Source of the DNA: Candidatus Latescibacterota bacterium | GTDB lineage: Bacteria; Latescibacterota; UBA2968; GCA-2709665 | DNA: 64,000 nucleotides | Direction: 5' to 3' | NCBI GenBank assembly: GCA_965222075.1 | Contig: OZ244937.1 | Location: 640,001-704,000, forward strand | In this document: positions 38,628-48,118 of the stretch, in pieces | How the letters are laid out: each line of letters starts with the position of its first letter | Numbering within the stretch: position 1 is the stretch's first letter | The notes under the pieces: generated by a model | What the model saw: the letters and a program-made list of their open reading frames with translations, nothing else | Database searches by the model: none | What the model was told of the DNA's origin: nothing | Position numbers and translations under genes: made by a program

Positions 38628-39281
38628 TCACTCTTCCGGCCTTGATTCCAGCCTCTTGCGGGACTCCTCCATCAGGCTGTCCAGCACGGCGCGTGCGGCA
38701 TCTGCTTTGTCTGACACTTTGTCTAAAATCGGGTGCGAGGGGGCCTCCAGTGCCTGAGGCACCAATTGTTCGTAGAGGGAGGCCGTGCGTGGAAGGGCCG
38801 CTTTTATCCCGTCCAGGAGAAGCACGGCCGCGCGCTGGGTCGGCTGTCCCAGGCTGGACGTGTCAATATATTCGGTGAGCTTGCTGTGGGGCGGATGCGC
38901 TCGAAGCAGCATGACCAGCAGGCCCAGGATGAGCAGCGCATTGGCCAGACCGACGGCCGCCCCTCCAACCGCGTCGAAGATGCCAAAAGGGGAGCTTCGA
39001 AGGGCTTTGCGGAGCATCCGGCCTGCAAGGGTACTGGCGAGCAGGGTGAGCAGGAAGACCGACAGAAAGCCGATGAAAGCCGCTCCGCTGCCTTTTTCTG
39101 CCGAATCACCGGTTATCCAGACGCTTGCCTCTGCTCCATAACTGAGCGCAAACCCATAGGCCAGGACCAGGCCGATGAGGACGATCAGGCTCTGTAAAAG
39201 GCCGATCCGCCAGCCTTTTACTGCGGCCCAGAGGAGGCCGACCACCAGGATCAGGTCTACGAAGTTCACAGGTGTGCTCAA
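38628..39281 (-). CDS. cvpA: CvpA family membrane protein
   Basis: NFVDLIL..GWRIGL, D(A)VGGAAVG; TM pattern; usual position upstream of mutS2. Confidence 0.8.
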   Translation of the reverse strand: MSTPVNFVDLILVVGLLWAAVKGWRIGLLQSLIVLIGLVLAYGFALSYGAEASVWITGDSAEKGSGAAFIGFLSVFLLTLLASTLAGRMLRKALRSSPFGIFDAVGGAAVGLANALLILGLLVMLLRAHPPHSKLTEYIDTSSLGQPTQRAAVLLLDGIKAALPRTASLYEQLVPQALEAPSHPILDKVSDKADAARAVLDSLMEESRKRLESRPEE

Positions 39282-39300
39282 GGGCTACGCGTTTCCTTTT

Positions 39301-39344
39301 AAAAAACAATAGCCGCACCCAATCGAGCATCGGTGCGGCTATTG
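39301..39344 (-). terminator. Intrinsic terminator after rpsU
   Basis: CAATAGCCGCACC/GGTGCGGCTATTG stem with T6 on the minus strand. Confidence 0.7.
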
Positions 39345-39386
39345 TCTTCCTGATTTCATAACGACGGTGCGTCTGCAAAAGGCTTA

Positions 39387-39581
39387 CTATTGATATCTGG
39401 ACTCAAGTTTCAACCGTTTACGCTTGGCCGCAGCGATCTTTCGCTTCCGCCGTTCACTCGGCTTTTCAAAATGCTGGTGTTTTTTCATTTCCGTTATGAT
39501 ACCGGCCTTTTCACATGTTTTTTTGAACCGTTTTAAGGCCTTTTCAAACGGCTCATCTTCTCGCACCAAGACGCCAGCCAT
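39387..39581 (-). CDS. rpsU: 30S ribosomal protein S21
   Basis: MAGVLVREDEPFEKALKRFKK..FEKPSERRKRK; SD GGAGG. Confidence 0.96.
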   Translation of the reverse strand: MAGVLVREDEPFEKALKRFKKTCEKAGIITEMKKHQHFEKPSERRKRKIAAAKRKRLKLESRYQ

Positions 39582-39784
39582 ACCTGGAATTTTCCCTCCT
39601 TTCTCTCTATATTTGTAATGCGAAAATTTCAGCTCGTTTTTTATAACCATACCTGTTTGAAATCAGCGGGTCGTCCAGTTATAACCCCTTGATTTACTTG
39701 AATGCATACGCAGAAAAACGGTTCATTCTATCGAATATGAATATATAGAAATGAACGATATTTGGCAAATGGTTTTTCAAAATA

Positions 39785-39814
39785 TTGACGGATTTGCCCA
39801 AAAAGCCGTATAAT
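39785..39814 (+). promoter_or_regulatory. Sigma-70 promoter
   Basis: TTGACG-18 nt-TATAAT upstream of the kinase/porX-like operon. Confidence 0.6.
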
Positions 39815-39857
39815 CAGGCATAAAACGGTCCTGAGTCCCAAGTCCAGGCGTCCGGAC

Positions 39858-40202
39858 GTGTTGGGGTGGGCGGTGCTGTCGGTTACGCCGGGCAAGGCGG
39901 GGGAACTCCTGAAGGCCTATTTTATCCAATACCGCCTGGGCACCCCCATAAGCTGGAGCGCGCCCGCTGTCATGGCGGAGCGGCTAACAGATTTTATATC
40001 CTTGATTTGTCTGGCTTTTCTGGGTATGTTAATTTTCGAATCCGGTGCTTTTTACCTGGTTTTGGGGGGTGCCGGGATCTGGTTTGCCGTGGCCCTGAAG
40101 GGCATTTCACTTCCCAACGCCGTGGCGGCCACGTTTGTGATTCGCGTGTGTACCCTCTGGTTTGGGCGCGGGGGTGCTGCTTGTCTATCGGAGCCGGTTT
40201 GA
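39858..40202 (+). pseudogene. Internally deleted lysylphosphatidylglycerol synthase TM (flippase-like, UPF0104) remnant
   Basis: SVTPGKAGELLK..AERLTD sits next to the C-terminal AVAATFVIRVCTLWF, with the N-terminus and middle missing. Confidence 0.65.
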
Positions 40203-40300
40203 GGCGGAATCTGAAGGGGATGCGGAACCTGTGGGAGGGCGAGGCGTTCAGAAGAGAGAGGGAATTGCAGAATGAAGTTGGCGATGCATAAGGGTGGGCA

Positions 40301-41641
40301 ATGAGCATTGTTGCGGATGAAAAGGTGGTGAAGCGCCGGGCCGTTTCCACGCAGGCTTTCCGGGGGCGGCTGGGAAACTGGAAGGGGGCGCTTTCCAGTA
40401 GCCGCTGGTTCGGGGCCTATTTCTTCCTGGCGGGCATGGTGATTATTCTTGCCTTTATGGTCTATACACAGATTTTTGTGGTGGGGGCTTTGCGGCAGGA
40501 TACCCGGCAGATGATCCAGCGGTACGCTTTTTTCTACAGCATTGCCACCCGGGATACGGTTCTCGTAACGCCCGGTCCGGATCTGGATATCATTTTTGAT
40601 ACGATCAGGAATACCAGTTTCCCGGTTGTGATTACCGATGAACATAGTGTACCTCATATGTGGAAAGCGATTGGTGTGCCTCCCGATGATAACAGCCCTC
40701 CGGCGCTTAAGAAGGTTCGGGAAATTGTGCGCCGTCTGGATCTGGAGAATCCTCCTTTTCCATTTGTTATTCCTAAAATCGGGCCCAACAAGACACCGGC
40801 CACCCGGGTGCTCCATTACGGTGATTCGAGTCTGGTCAAGCGCCTCTCCTGGCTGCCCTGGATTGCGCTGGGTGTGACGGCGCTTTTCATCGGGGTGGGC
40901 TACGTGGGGTTCCGGCATATTAAAAACAGCGAGCAGCGCTCTTTGTGGGTGGGCATGGCCCGGGAGACCGCCCACCAGCTTGGTACCCCGCTTTCCTCCC
41001 TTTACGGGTGGATTGAGCTGATGAGGGCGGAGTTGCAACATGCCCCCGAACAAGACCGTGAGGAGGCCCTGGACCGTTTTGAGCAGCTCGTGGCGGAGAT
41101 GGGGAAGGATACGAGCCGCCTCAACAAGATCGCGTCCCGCTTCAGTCTGATCGGCTCTTCGCCGGAGCTTCGGGTGGACAATCTGCGCGAGGTGGTTGCA
41201 GAAACGGCCGCCTATTTGCGCGGCCGCCTGCCCCGCGATATTCAGATTGTGCAGATGGAGGGCGAGGCTCCCCCCCTGCCGATGAACCGGGAGTTGCTGG
41301 GGTGGGCGTTTGAGAATCTGTTTAAGAATGCGGCCGATGCGATGGAAGGAAGGGGGGGACGCATCGAAGTCTCTGTCGAGGCGCGCCCGGACAGCGAGTG
41401 GGTAGACATCCGGGTTCGAGACCACGGCAAGGGCATCCCCCACTACCGCATCAAGCAGGTCTTTATGCCCGGCTACAGTACGAAAAAGCGGGGGTGGGGG
41501 CTGGGGCTTACGTTTGTGAAGCGCATTGTGGAAGACTATCACCGGGGAAAGATTGCGGTTCAAGAGAGCGTTCCCGACATGGGGACGACGTTTCTCGTTT
41601 CTCTCCCAACGGCGCCTCCCGAAACTCAGGAAGCCGCGTAA
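40301..41641 (+). CDS. Sensor histidine kinase (PorY-like context)
   Basis: Two TM segments, H-box WVGMARETAHQLGTPLSSL, N-box ENLFKNA, DHGKG and STKKRGWGLGL. Confidence 0.92.
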   Translation: MSIVADEKVVKRRAVSTQAFRGRLGNWKGALSSSRWFGAYFFLAGMVIILAFMVYTQIFVVGALRQDTRQMIQRYAFFYSIATRDTVLVTPGPDLDIIFDTIRNTSFPVVITDEHSVPHMWKAIGVPPDDNSPPALKKVREIVRRLDLENPPFPFVIPKIGPNKTPATRVLHYGDSSLVKRLSWLPWIALGVTALFIGVGYVGFRHIKNSEQRSLWVGMARETAHQLGTPLSSLYGWIELMRAELQHAPEQDREEALDRFEQLVAEMGKDTSRLNKIASRFSLIGSSPELRVDNLREVVAETAAYLRGRLPRDIQIVQMEGEAPPLPMNRELLGWAFENLFKNAADAMEGRGGRIEVSVEARPDSEWVDIRVRDHGKGIPHYRIKQVFMPGYSTKKRGWGLGLTFVKRIVEDYHRGKIAVQESVPDMGTTFLVSLPTAPPETQEAA

Positions 41642-41677
41642 GAGCGACCCGGCGGGTCGCCCTGGAAAGGGATTGTC

Positions 41678-43246
41678 GTGAATAAAGAAGTAGAAAAGAA
41701 ACAGGTGCTCTGGGCAGATGACGAGATCGATCTGTTAAAGCCTCACAGCATTTTTCTCAATGAACGGGGATACGAGGTGACCCCTGTAACCAACGGCGAC
41801 GATGCGATCGCGCTGATCCAGAAGCAGGGGTTCGATATTGTCCTGTTGGATGAAATGATGGCCGGCCGGGACGGGCTCTCGACGCTTGCCGCCATCAAGG
41901 ATGTCAATCCGGATATTCCGGTGATTATGATCACCAAGAACGAAGAGGAGCGCCTTATGGAGGAGGCGCTTGGGCAGCGGATTGACGATTATCTGACCAA
42001 GCCTGTAAATCCGAGCCAGATCCTCTCCGCATGTAAAAAGCTGCTGGATGCCAGGCAGATTTTAAAGGACCGGATGGGGCTGAATTATGTGGCCGCTTCC
42101 AATCGGATTCGGGGCCTGATGGCTTCGGCAACCTCCTGGGAACACTGGATTGATATTCACGTTAAGCTTTCGGAATGGGACCTCGACCTGGACCGGTTTT
42201 TTGACCCTGGCCTTCGGAAGATGCACGAAGACCTTCGGCGGGTCTGCAACTTGGAGTTTGGAAAGTTTGTCGAGCGCAACTACGCGCGATGGTTACGGGA
42301 CGAGGAGGACTCTCCTCTCCTTTCGGTCGATATTGTCTCGGAGTTTGTTGTCCCTCCCCTTCAGGCCGGGCAGCAGGTCTTTTTTGTGGTGGTCGACTGC
42401 CTGAGGCTGGACCACTGGCTTGCCATTTTGCCCCTTCTGGCCGATCTGTTTCAGATCGAGCACCACTACCACTACTCGATTCTGCCGACGGCCACGCCCT
42501 ATTCCCGGAATTCGATTTTCGGCGGGATCTTCCCCGGCGACGTGGCACAACTCTACTCAGAGGAGTGGCATGGTACCCGGGACGACGATATGAGCCGCAA
42601 CCGCCACGAGCACCAGCTCCTGGACCGGCAGCTTGAGGAGATCGATCCGACACTGAAGTTAGAGACCCGGTACGTCAAGGTGCTGGATATTGCCGAGGGG
42701 AACAACCTGGTGCAAAAGGTCCATACCTACCGATCTTTCCCGCTTATGTCGGTTGTCTTCAATTTTCTGGACATCCTGACCCACGGCCGGTCAGAGTCGG
42801 AAATCCTGCAGGAGATGGCGCCCAACGAATCGGCCTTCCGGTCCCTTACCCGGTCCTGGTTCGCCCACTCGGCGCTGTTCGAGATGCTTCGAAAGCTGGC
42901 AGATACCGATACCACGGTTGTTCTTACCACAGATCACGGCTGTGTGATGAGTACGCGGGCGTCTGTGGCCTATGGAAACCGGGAGACGTCTACAAATCTC
43001 CGGTACAAATACGGGAAGAATATCCGGTGTGATACCCGGCATGCCGTCCATATCAAAGATCCGGAGGTTTATGGGCTGCCCAACTTCGGCATCGGGACCA
43101 ATTTTATTCTGTGCAAAGAGGACTTCTACTTTGTCTACCCCACAAAGTTTCACGAGTACCAGCGTCAGTACGCCAACAGCTTCCAGCACGGAGGGATCTC
43201 CCTTGAAGAGATGATTCTTCCCGTGGCGGTTTTGAAAGGAAAGTAG
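41678..43246 (+). CDS. porX: Response regulator with PglZ/alkaline-phosphatase domain (PorX family)
   Basis: Receiver WADDEIDLLKPH..LLDEMM; DCLRLD, LPTATPYSRN, TTDHG, NLRYK and FQHGGISLEEM. Confidence 0.9.
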   Translation: MNKEVEKKQVLWADDEIDLLKPHSIFLNERGYEVTPVTNGDDAIALIQKQGFDIVLLDEMMAGRDGLSTLAAIKDVNPDIPVIMITKNEEERLMEEALGQRIDDYLTKPVNPSQILSACKKLLDARQILKDRMGLNYVAASNRIRGLMASATSWEHWIDIHVKLSEWDLDLDRFFDPGLRKMHEDLRRVCNLEFGKFVERNYARWLRDEEDSPLLSVDIVSEFVVPPLQAGQQVFFVVVDCLRLDHWLAILPLLADLFQIEHHYHYSILPTATPYSRNSIFGGIFPGDVAQLYSEEWHGTRDDDMSRNRHEHQLLDRQLEEIDPTLKLETRYVKVLDIAEGNNLVQKVHTYRSFPLMSVVFNFLDILTHGRSESEILQEMAPNESAFRSLTRSWFAHSALFEMLRKLADTDTTVVLTTDHGCVMSTRASVAYGNRETSTNLRYKYGKNIRCDTRHAVHIKDPEVYGLPNFGIGTNFILCKEDFYFVYPTKFHEYQRQYANSFQHGGISLEEMILPVAVLKGK

Positions 43247-43400
43247 ACCGGTATACAAGACGAAAAAAAGTCTGCCTCTCCTCCCCATTTTCCCTTTTCC
43301 CCTGAATTTCTCCCTTTTCCCCACAATATCCCTACCGTTCACCTCTGCCCTTGTCGGCGGGTCACTGTTTCTTGCAGGATAGTCACCGGGGATCTGTACG

Positions 43401-43841
43401 ATGCCGGTTTCGACTTTGATCTCCTCCTCCCCCGAAGAGACCGGGACGATTGGGAGGGATTTGGCCGGTCGGTTGCGCCGGGGGGACTGCGTGGCCCTGT
43501 TTGGCGAGTTGGGCAGCGGAAAGACCTGCCTGGTGCAGGGGATTTGCAATGGGCTGCAGGTGACCGGCCCCGTGACGAGTCCGACCTTTATCCTGGTGCA
43601 CGAATACCGGGGGCGGGTTAAGGGCGGGGTGCTGCCGGTCTATCATTTTGACCTGTATCGGCTCGGCGGCCCGGAGGAGCTGATCGATCTGGGGTGGGAC
43701 GACTATTTAGACAGCGGAGGGATCTGCCTGGTTGAGTGGGCCGACCGAGCCGATGGCCTGCTGCCACCTCATACGATTACCGTAAAGATCGACGCTCCCC
43801 AACGTCGACTACGCACCTTCAAATTAACTTATGGGGAATAA
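43401..43841 (+). CDS. tsaE: tRNA threonylcarbamoyladenosine biosynthesis ATPase
   Basis: GELGSGKT, VTSPTF, YHFDLYRL and LVEWA. Confidence 0.95.
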   Translation: MPVSTLISSSPEETGTIGRDLAGRLRRGDCVALFGELGSGKTCLVQGICNGLQVTGPVTSPTFILVHEYRGRVKGGVLPVYHFDLYRLGGPEELIDLGWDDYLDSGGICLVEWADRADGLLPPHTITVKIDAPQRRLRTFKLTYGE

Positions 43842-43847
43842 TCTGCC

Positions 43848-44603
43848 ATGGCCATATTCATCCTTGTTTTCATGTTTTGCTTTGGGATTGCGCAATCCCT
43901 CCCTGCACAGGCGGATCTTCAGCCCCGCTGGCTTGTCGATAGCCCCACTGCCGGCCTCCTGCCCAAAGGCAGTTTTGCCATGGACCTTCGATTCTACGGC
44001 GAAAACGGTATTCTAACCCAGTTGGAAGTAGGGCTGCTCAACCGGGCAAGTGCGGGGTTTTCGTTTGGTGGTGAGCAGCTTGTGGGCAACAAGGGGGCCC
44101 GGTGGAATCCGAGGATTGAGTTTATGGGCAGGGTCCGGGTGATTGAGGAGGGGATACAGATTCCCGCGCTTGCCGTGGGTTTCCATTCTCAGGGATACGG
44201 CGCTTACGATCAGGATTTGGAGCGCTACACGACAAAGTCCAAAGGGTTCTATGCGGTACTGAGCAAGAACTTCGGGTCCGTGCTGGGAGATATCGGGGTC
44301 CACGGGGGGTTGAATCGGAGTCTGGAGGATGGGGATGGAGACGGAGATATCTCGGGATTTGTGGGGATAGACAAACAGTTTGGAAGGATGTTTTCGCTGT
44401 TGTTGGAATACGATTTTGCGTTTAACGATAACCAGGACAATACACTCGATTCCGGACGGGGAGGACTGTTGAACGGCGGCGGCCGCTGGACCATCATCCA
44501 GCGGTTTACCCTGGAATTTGACCTCAAGAATATCTTTCGGAGCGGCCGCCGAAGTCCGACGCCGGACCGGGAGATTCGGGTGCTTTATGTTCAGAAGTTT
44601 TGA
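43848..44603 (+). CDS. Secreted outer-membrane beta-barrel protein (YjbH-like)
   Basis: Signal peptide, LVDSPTAGLL, amphipathic strands and C-terminal Phe. Confidence 0.65.
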   Translation: MAIFILVFMFCFGIAQSLPAQADLQPRWLVDSPTAGLLPKGSFAMDLRFYGENGILTQLEVGLLNRASAGFSFGGEQLVGNKGARWNPRIEFMGRVRVIEEGIQIPALAVGFHSQGYGAYDQDLERYTTKSKGFYAVLSKNFGSVLGDIGVHGGLNRSLEDGDGDGDISGFVGIDKQFGRMFSLLLEYDFAFNDNQDNTLDSGRGGLLNGGGRWTIIQRFTLEFDLKNIFRSGRRSPTPDREIRVLYVQKF

Positions 44604-44625
44604 TGAATAGGCGGATGTGAGGGGT

Positions 44626-46374
44626 TCAGGCGGATTCGTCTGCGCGCTTGATCTCTCCGGGGGCGACGAAGAGGGTCTTCTCGTTCCGTATGGTGACCAG
44701 CCCCGGGGGCGCGTTTCGGGGTTTCTGCACGTGTCGGACCTCGGTGTAATTGACAGGTACGGTTTTTGACCCCCGGGCTTTGCTCCAGTAGGCGGCCAGA
44801 CTCGCCGCCTCTTCAAGGGTTGTACGGGGAGGCGTGTCCGGTTTTCCTCCGCGCTGCAAAATGACGTGAGAGCCGGGACATCCCTGGGCGTGGAAGAAGA
44901 TGTCGTCTTTTGCCGAGGCTTTTGTCAATCGGTCATTTTCGCTGTTGTTTCGTCCCACCAGCACGGTCCATCCATCCGATGTCCGATACCGTCTTGGGTG
45001 GATGTTTTTCCCCCTGGGTGTTCCTTTTTGCCCCTTCTGCCTGAATTGTCCGGAGCGGATGAGGCCCGCATTCTCCAATTCCTCCTGAAATGCAATCAGG
45101 TCCTTCTCCTGTATCAGGGTCTCCAGGCGGTCTAAGCAGGCCTGGAGCCTTGCCCTGTCCTGGCGTGCAGCTTCCAGCCGCCGGGCCAGTATGGGAGCGC
45201 CCTTTTTCGCCTTCCGGCTCCGTTTCAGGTAGTCCCGCGCGTTTTCAAGCGGGAGCCGATTGGGGGCGAGCGGAATGGTTACAGGGGGGCCTTCGGGATT
45301 GAAGAGGTCGCTCAGGGTTGCCGATGTGGCCCCCGGCGCTACATGGTGAAGGTTGGACATCAAAAGGCTTCCGTATTTTTCATAACGGTCGGCCTGTTCC
45401 ATATCTTTCAGGTCGGCCTCGATTTTGGCGATTTTTGTGTCCATCGAGGTGAGGTACCGGTTCAGGGTTTGTTCAACTTTCTTTCGTTTTGCCCGGAGCA
45501 CCTGCCCCTGCTGTTCTTTTTGGACAACCGCCTCGATTGCATCGCTTACAGAGGAGAAGGACCGCAGGGCTTCACCGGCCCTGTGCTGTAAGGCCAGGAC
45601 GCAGATTTCCGCCCTGTGATCCACCGACGCGGGCAGTTCGACCGCGCCTTCCAGGAAAGGGGGGGCCTCAAAGAGGGCCTTCAGTGCCACCTGGAGCCGG
45701 TCTATCGCACCGGGGGGCGCTGCCTGGCCTTCCCGGATGCCGGCGCGATGGAGGAGCTCCCGGGCCGCGAGCAGGTCGAGTCCGGCTACGGTGTGGAGAA
45801 GGGCCTCTGCCGGGGCGTCCCGCTGCCGGTCCAGGGCCTCACCCAGGGCGGCTGAGGTGACTTCTGTGGGGTGCAGACGGTTGAGTGGGGGCGGTGGGAG
45901 GTAGGGTTTTCCGGGCAGGACTTGTCTTTTGCGGCTCATACGCCCCCCCACCCGACGGAGGGCGTCCAGGACCCGACCTTCCGGTTCTGCCACCAGGACG
46001 ACGTTGCTGTGGTGTCCCATGGCTTCCACGATCAGGCGGCATCGGGTTTCCCCGCCCAGGCGGTCCCGCTTGACCAGGGTCAAGAAGACGATCCGTTCCA
46101 GGGGGACCTGGTCGACCGATTCGATTGTAGCATTCAGGAGGTATTTTTCGATCCAGTAGGGGCGACCTCGTTCGTCCTGCTGCGGCTCCCTGGAAAAGGC
46201 AATACGCCCCCGGCCGGGAGAGGCCGACAGGTGCAGGTGGTCACTGCCACCTACGTTCAGGTAGAGGTCGTGCGGTCCGGTCAGAAAGGCGTCCAGAATC
46301 CGCTGCCTTTTCAAAGCCTTCTGCAACTCTTCCGTCAACCGCCGCAGTGTGAAGTAGCTCAGGAAGGGACTCAC
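44626..46374 (-). CDS. rqcH: Ribosome quality-control NFACT protein (RqcH/FbpA family)
   Basis: ERIV, L(I)VEAMGHHSNVVL, PGKPYLPPP, VGRNNSEND, FFHAQGCPGSHV, AAYWSK and KPRNAPPGLV. Confidence 0.92.
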   Translation of the reverse strand: MSPFLSYFTLRRLTEELQKALKRQRILDAFLTGPHDLYLNVGGSDHLHLSASPGRGRIAFSREPQQDERGRPYWIEKYLLNATIESVDQVPLERIVFLTLVKRDRLGGETRCRLIVEAMGHHSNVVLVAEPEGRVLDALRRVGGRMSRKRQVLPGKPYLPPPPLNRLHPTEVTSAALGEALDRQRDAPAEALLHTVAGLDLLAARELLHRAGIREGQAAPPGAIDRLQVALKALFEAPPFLEGAVELPASVDHRAEICVLALQHRAGEALRSFSSVSDAIEAVVQKEQQGQVLRAKRKKVEQTLNRYLTSMDTKIAKIEADLKDMEQADRYEKYGSLLMSNLHHVAPGATSATLSDLFNPEGPPVTIPLAPNRLPLENARDYLKRSRKAKKGAPILARRLEAARQDRARLQACLDRLETLIQEKDLIAFQEELENAGLIRSGQFRQKGQKGTPRGKNIHPRRYRTSDGWTVLVGRNNSENDRLTKASAKDDIFFHAQGCPGSHVILQRGGKPDTPPRTTLEEAASLAAYWSKARGSKTVPVNYTEVRHVQKPRNAPPGLVTIRNEKTLFVAPGEIKRADESA

Positions 46375-46414
46375 AGGCGATCCTGCCTTTTCACCTCCTT
46401 TCCAATGAATCGTC

Positions 46415-46443
46415 TTGACAAGCTTTTAGAGACCTGGTATTCT
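46415..46443 (+). promoter_or_regulatory. Sigma-70 promoter of the clpX-like gene
   Basis: TTGACA-17 nt-TATTCT. Confidence 0.65.
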
Positions 46444-46524
46444 TAAATGTTCCCACCCTTCCCAACCCCACCCCAGTTGCGAGTCGTGGGTTCCCCACCA
46501 CCCCCAGTCAGATGGAGAATTTCA

Positions 46525-48078
46525 ATGTTGGAACAGCGTCCTGTCAATCCTGCAGAAATTCAGAAAGACATTAAAGAATTTCTTGAGAAGAAGTACGGCA
46601 CCCAGGTGATTATTCCGCAGGCTGAGGTCGAGGGCATCCAGGAGGGACCCCACACGATTGACCCCGAAGAGGAGACGATCGATTTTGACCTGAAGCCGGA
46701 AGAGCTGGAGGCCTTTCTCAACGAATATGTCATCAAGCAGACCGAGGCCAAAGAGGTTCTGGCGACCAAGATCTGTACGCATTTTAACCGGATGAAACTG
46801 GACCGGGAAAATCCCGAAGATGCGCACGCGTTTGTGGGCAACATCAAGAATAACATCCTGCTTATCGGGCCCACAGGGGTGGGGAAGACCTATCTGATCA
46901 AGCTTATTGCCCAGCGAATCGGCGTTCCTTTTGTTAAGGGTGATGCTACCAAGTTTAGCGAGACCGGTTATGTGGGCGGCGATGTAGAGGATCTGGTTCG
47001 AGAACTGGTGCGAGAGGCAGGGGGGAATATTGAGAAGGCCCAGTATGGTATTATTTATATCGATGAGATCGATAAGATCGCTTCCACACCAAACCTTGTG
47101 GGACCCGATGTCTCCCGGACCGGCGTACAGCGCAATCTCCTGAAGCTTATGGAGGAGACCGAGGTCGATTTGAAGGCGCCGCACGACCTGGCCTCTCAGA
47201 TGGAGGCCGTGATGCAATTTCAGCAGAGCGGAAAGATGGAGCGTAAGAAGATCAATACGCGAAACATCCTGTTTATTGTAAGCGGGGCCTTCAACGAGCT
47301 TGAAGAGATTGTCAAACGCCGCCTCAACAAGCGCAGTGTGGGCTTCAAGCCCGAGTCGGAGCGCGTTGAGGACCAGGAGTTCGGTCAAGCGGCCTATCTC
47401 AAGCAGGTCACCTCGGAAGACCTGATCGAGTACGGTTTTGAATCGGAGTTTATCGGACGCCTGCCGATTGTGGCCGTTCTGGAACCGCTTACGGTAGACG
47501 ATCTGTATGAGATCTTAAAGAATCCGAATTCTTCGGTGATCTTAGGCAAGAAACGGGACTTTCAGGCCTATGGGATCGCGTTGACGTTTGAGGGTGAGGC
47601 CCTCCGCCGGCTGTCCGCGCTGGCCGCTCAGGAACAGACCGGTGCGCGTGCGCTGGTGAGTGTTTGTGAACGCGCCCTTCTGAAGTTTGAAAAGAAGCTG
47701 CCCTCTAACGAGATTCGCTCGTTTACGGTCACGGAGGCCGTGGTGAACCATCCGGAGGCCGAACTCCGGAAGCTGCTGATTTCCCGGGAGATTGCCGCTT
47801 ATATCGATCGCTTTTACCAGGCGTACGGTATCGAGCTGAGCTTTGACGACGACGCTCTGGCGTTCTTAGCCGAAGAGGCTGCCCGGCAAGGGCTTTCGGT
47901 GGTCGACCTCTGCCATAGCAGGTTCAACGATTACGGTCATGGTCTCAAACTGCTGGGGCAGACCGGGTTCCGGCTTACCCGGGCAGCCGCCGAGCGGCCC
48001 AAGGAACACTTAGACGAGCTTGTGAAGGCGTTTTACAATCAAAAGGAGGTTGAGGTCAGCAGAGTCGATGGCCAATAG
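46525..48078 (+). CDS. ClpX-like AAA+ ATPase lacking the N-terminal zinc finger
   Basis: GPTGVGKT, pore loop GYVG, IYIDEIDK, DVSRTGVQRNLLK, VGF loop, EFIGRLP and TGARAL. Confidence 0.88.
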   Translation: MLEQRPVNPAEIQKDIKEFLEKKYGTQVIIPQAEVEGIQEGPHTIDPEEETIDFDLKPEELEAFLNEYVIKQTEAKEVLATKICTHFNRMKLDRENPEDAHAFVGNIKNNILLIGPTGVGKTYLIKLIAQRIGVPFVKGDATKFSETGYVGGDVEDLVRELVREAGGNIEKAQYGIIYIDEIDKIASTPNLVGPDVSRTGVQRNLLKLMEETEVDLKAPHDLASQMEAVMQFQQSGKMERKKINTRNILFIVSGAFNELEEIVKRRLNKRSVGFKPESERVEDQEFGQAAYLKQVTSEDLIEYGFESEFIGRLPIVAVLEPLTVDDLYEILKNPNSSVILGKKRDFQAYGIALTFEGEALRRLSALAAQEQTGARALVSVCERALLKFEKKLPSNEIRSFTVTEAVVNHPEAELRKLLISREIAAYIDRFYQAYGIELSFDDDALAFLAEEAARQGLSVVDLCHSRFNDYGHGLKLLGQTGFRLTRAAAERPKEHLDELVKAFYNQKEVEVSRVDGQ

Positions 48079-48118
48079 ACCCGACTGCGGGCGATTTGGG
48101 CTCCCGCGCCGTCTGGTC

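Noticed and set aside
40052-41563. 503-aa antisense ORF, and similar long shadow ORFs at 2380-3492, 48912-50237 and 52051-53199
   Set aside because: They lie opposite well-supported genes, have no motifs, and are expected in GC-rich DNA.
41678-43246. BREX system suggested by the PglZ domain
   Set aside because: The PglZ domain is fused to a receiver domain in porX-tsaE context, and no brxC, pglX or brxL genes are present.
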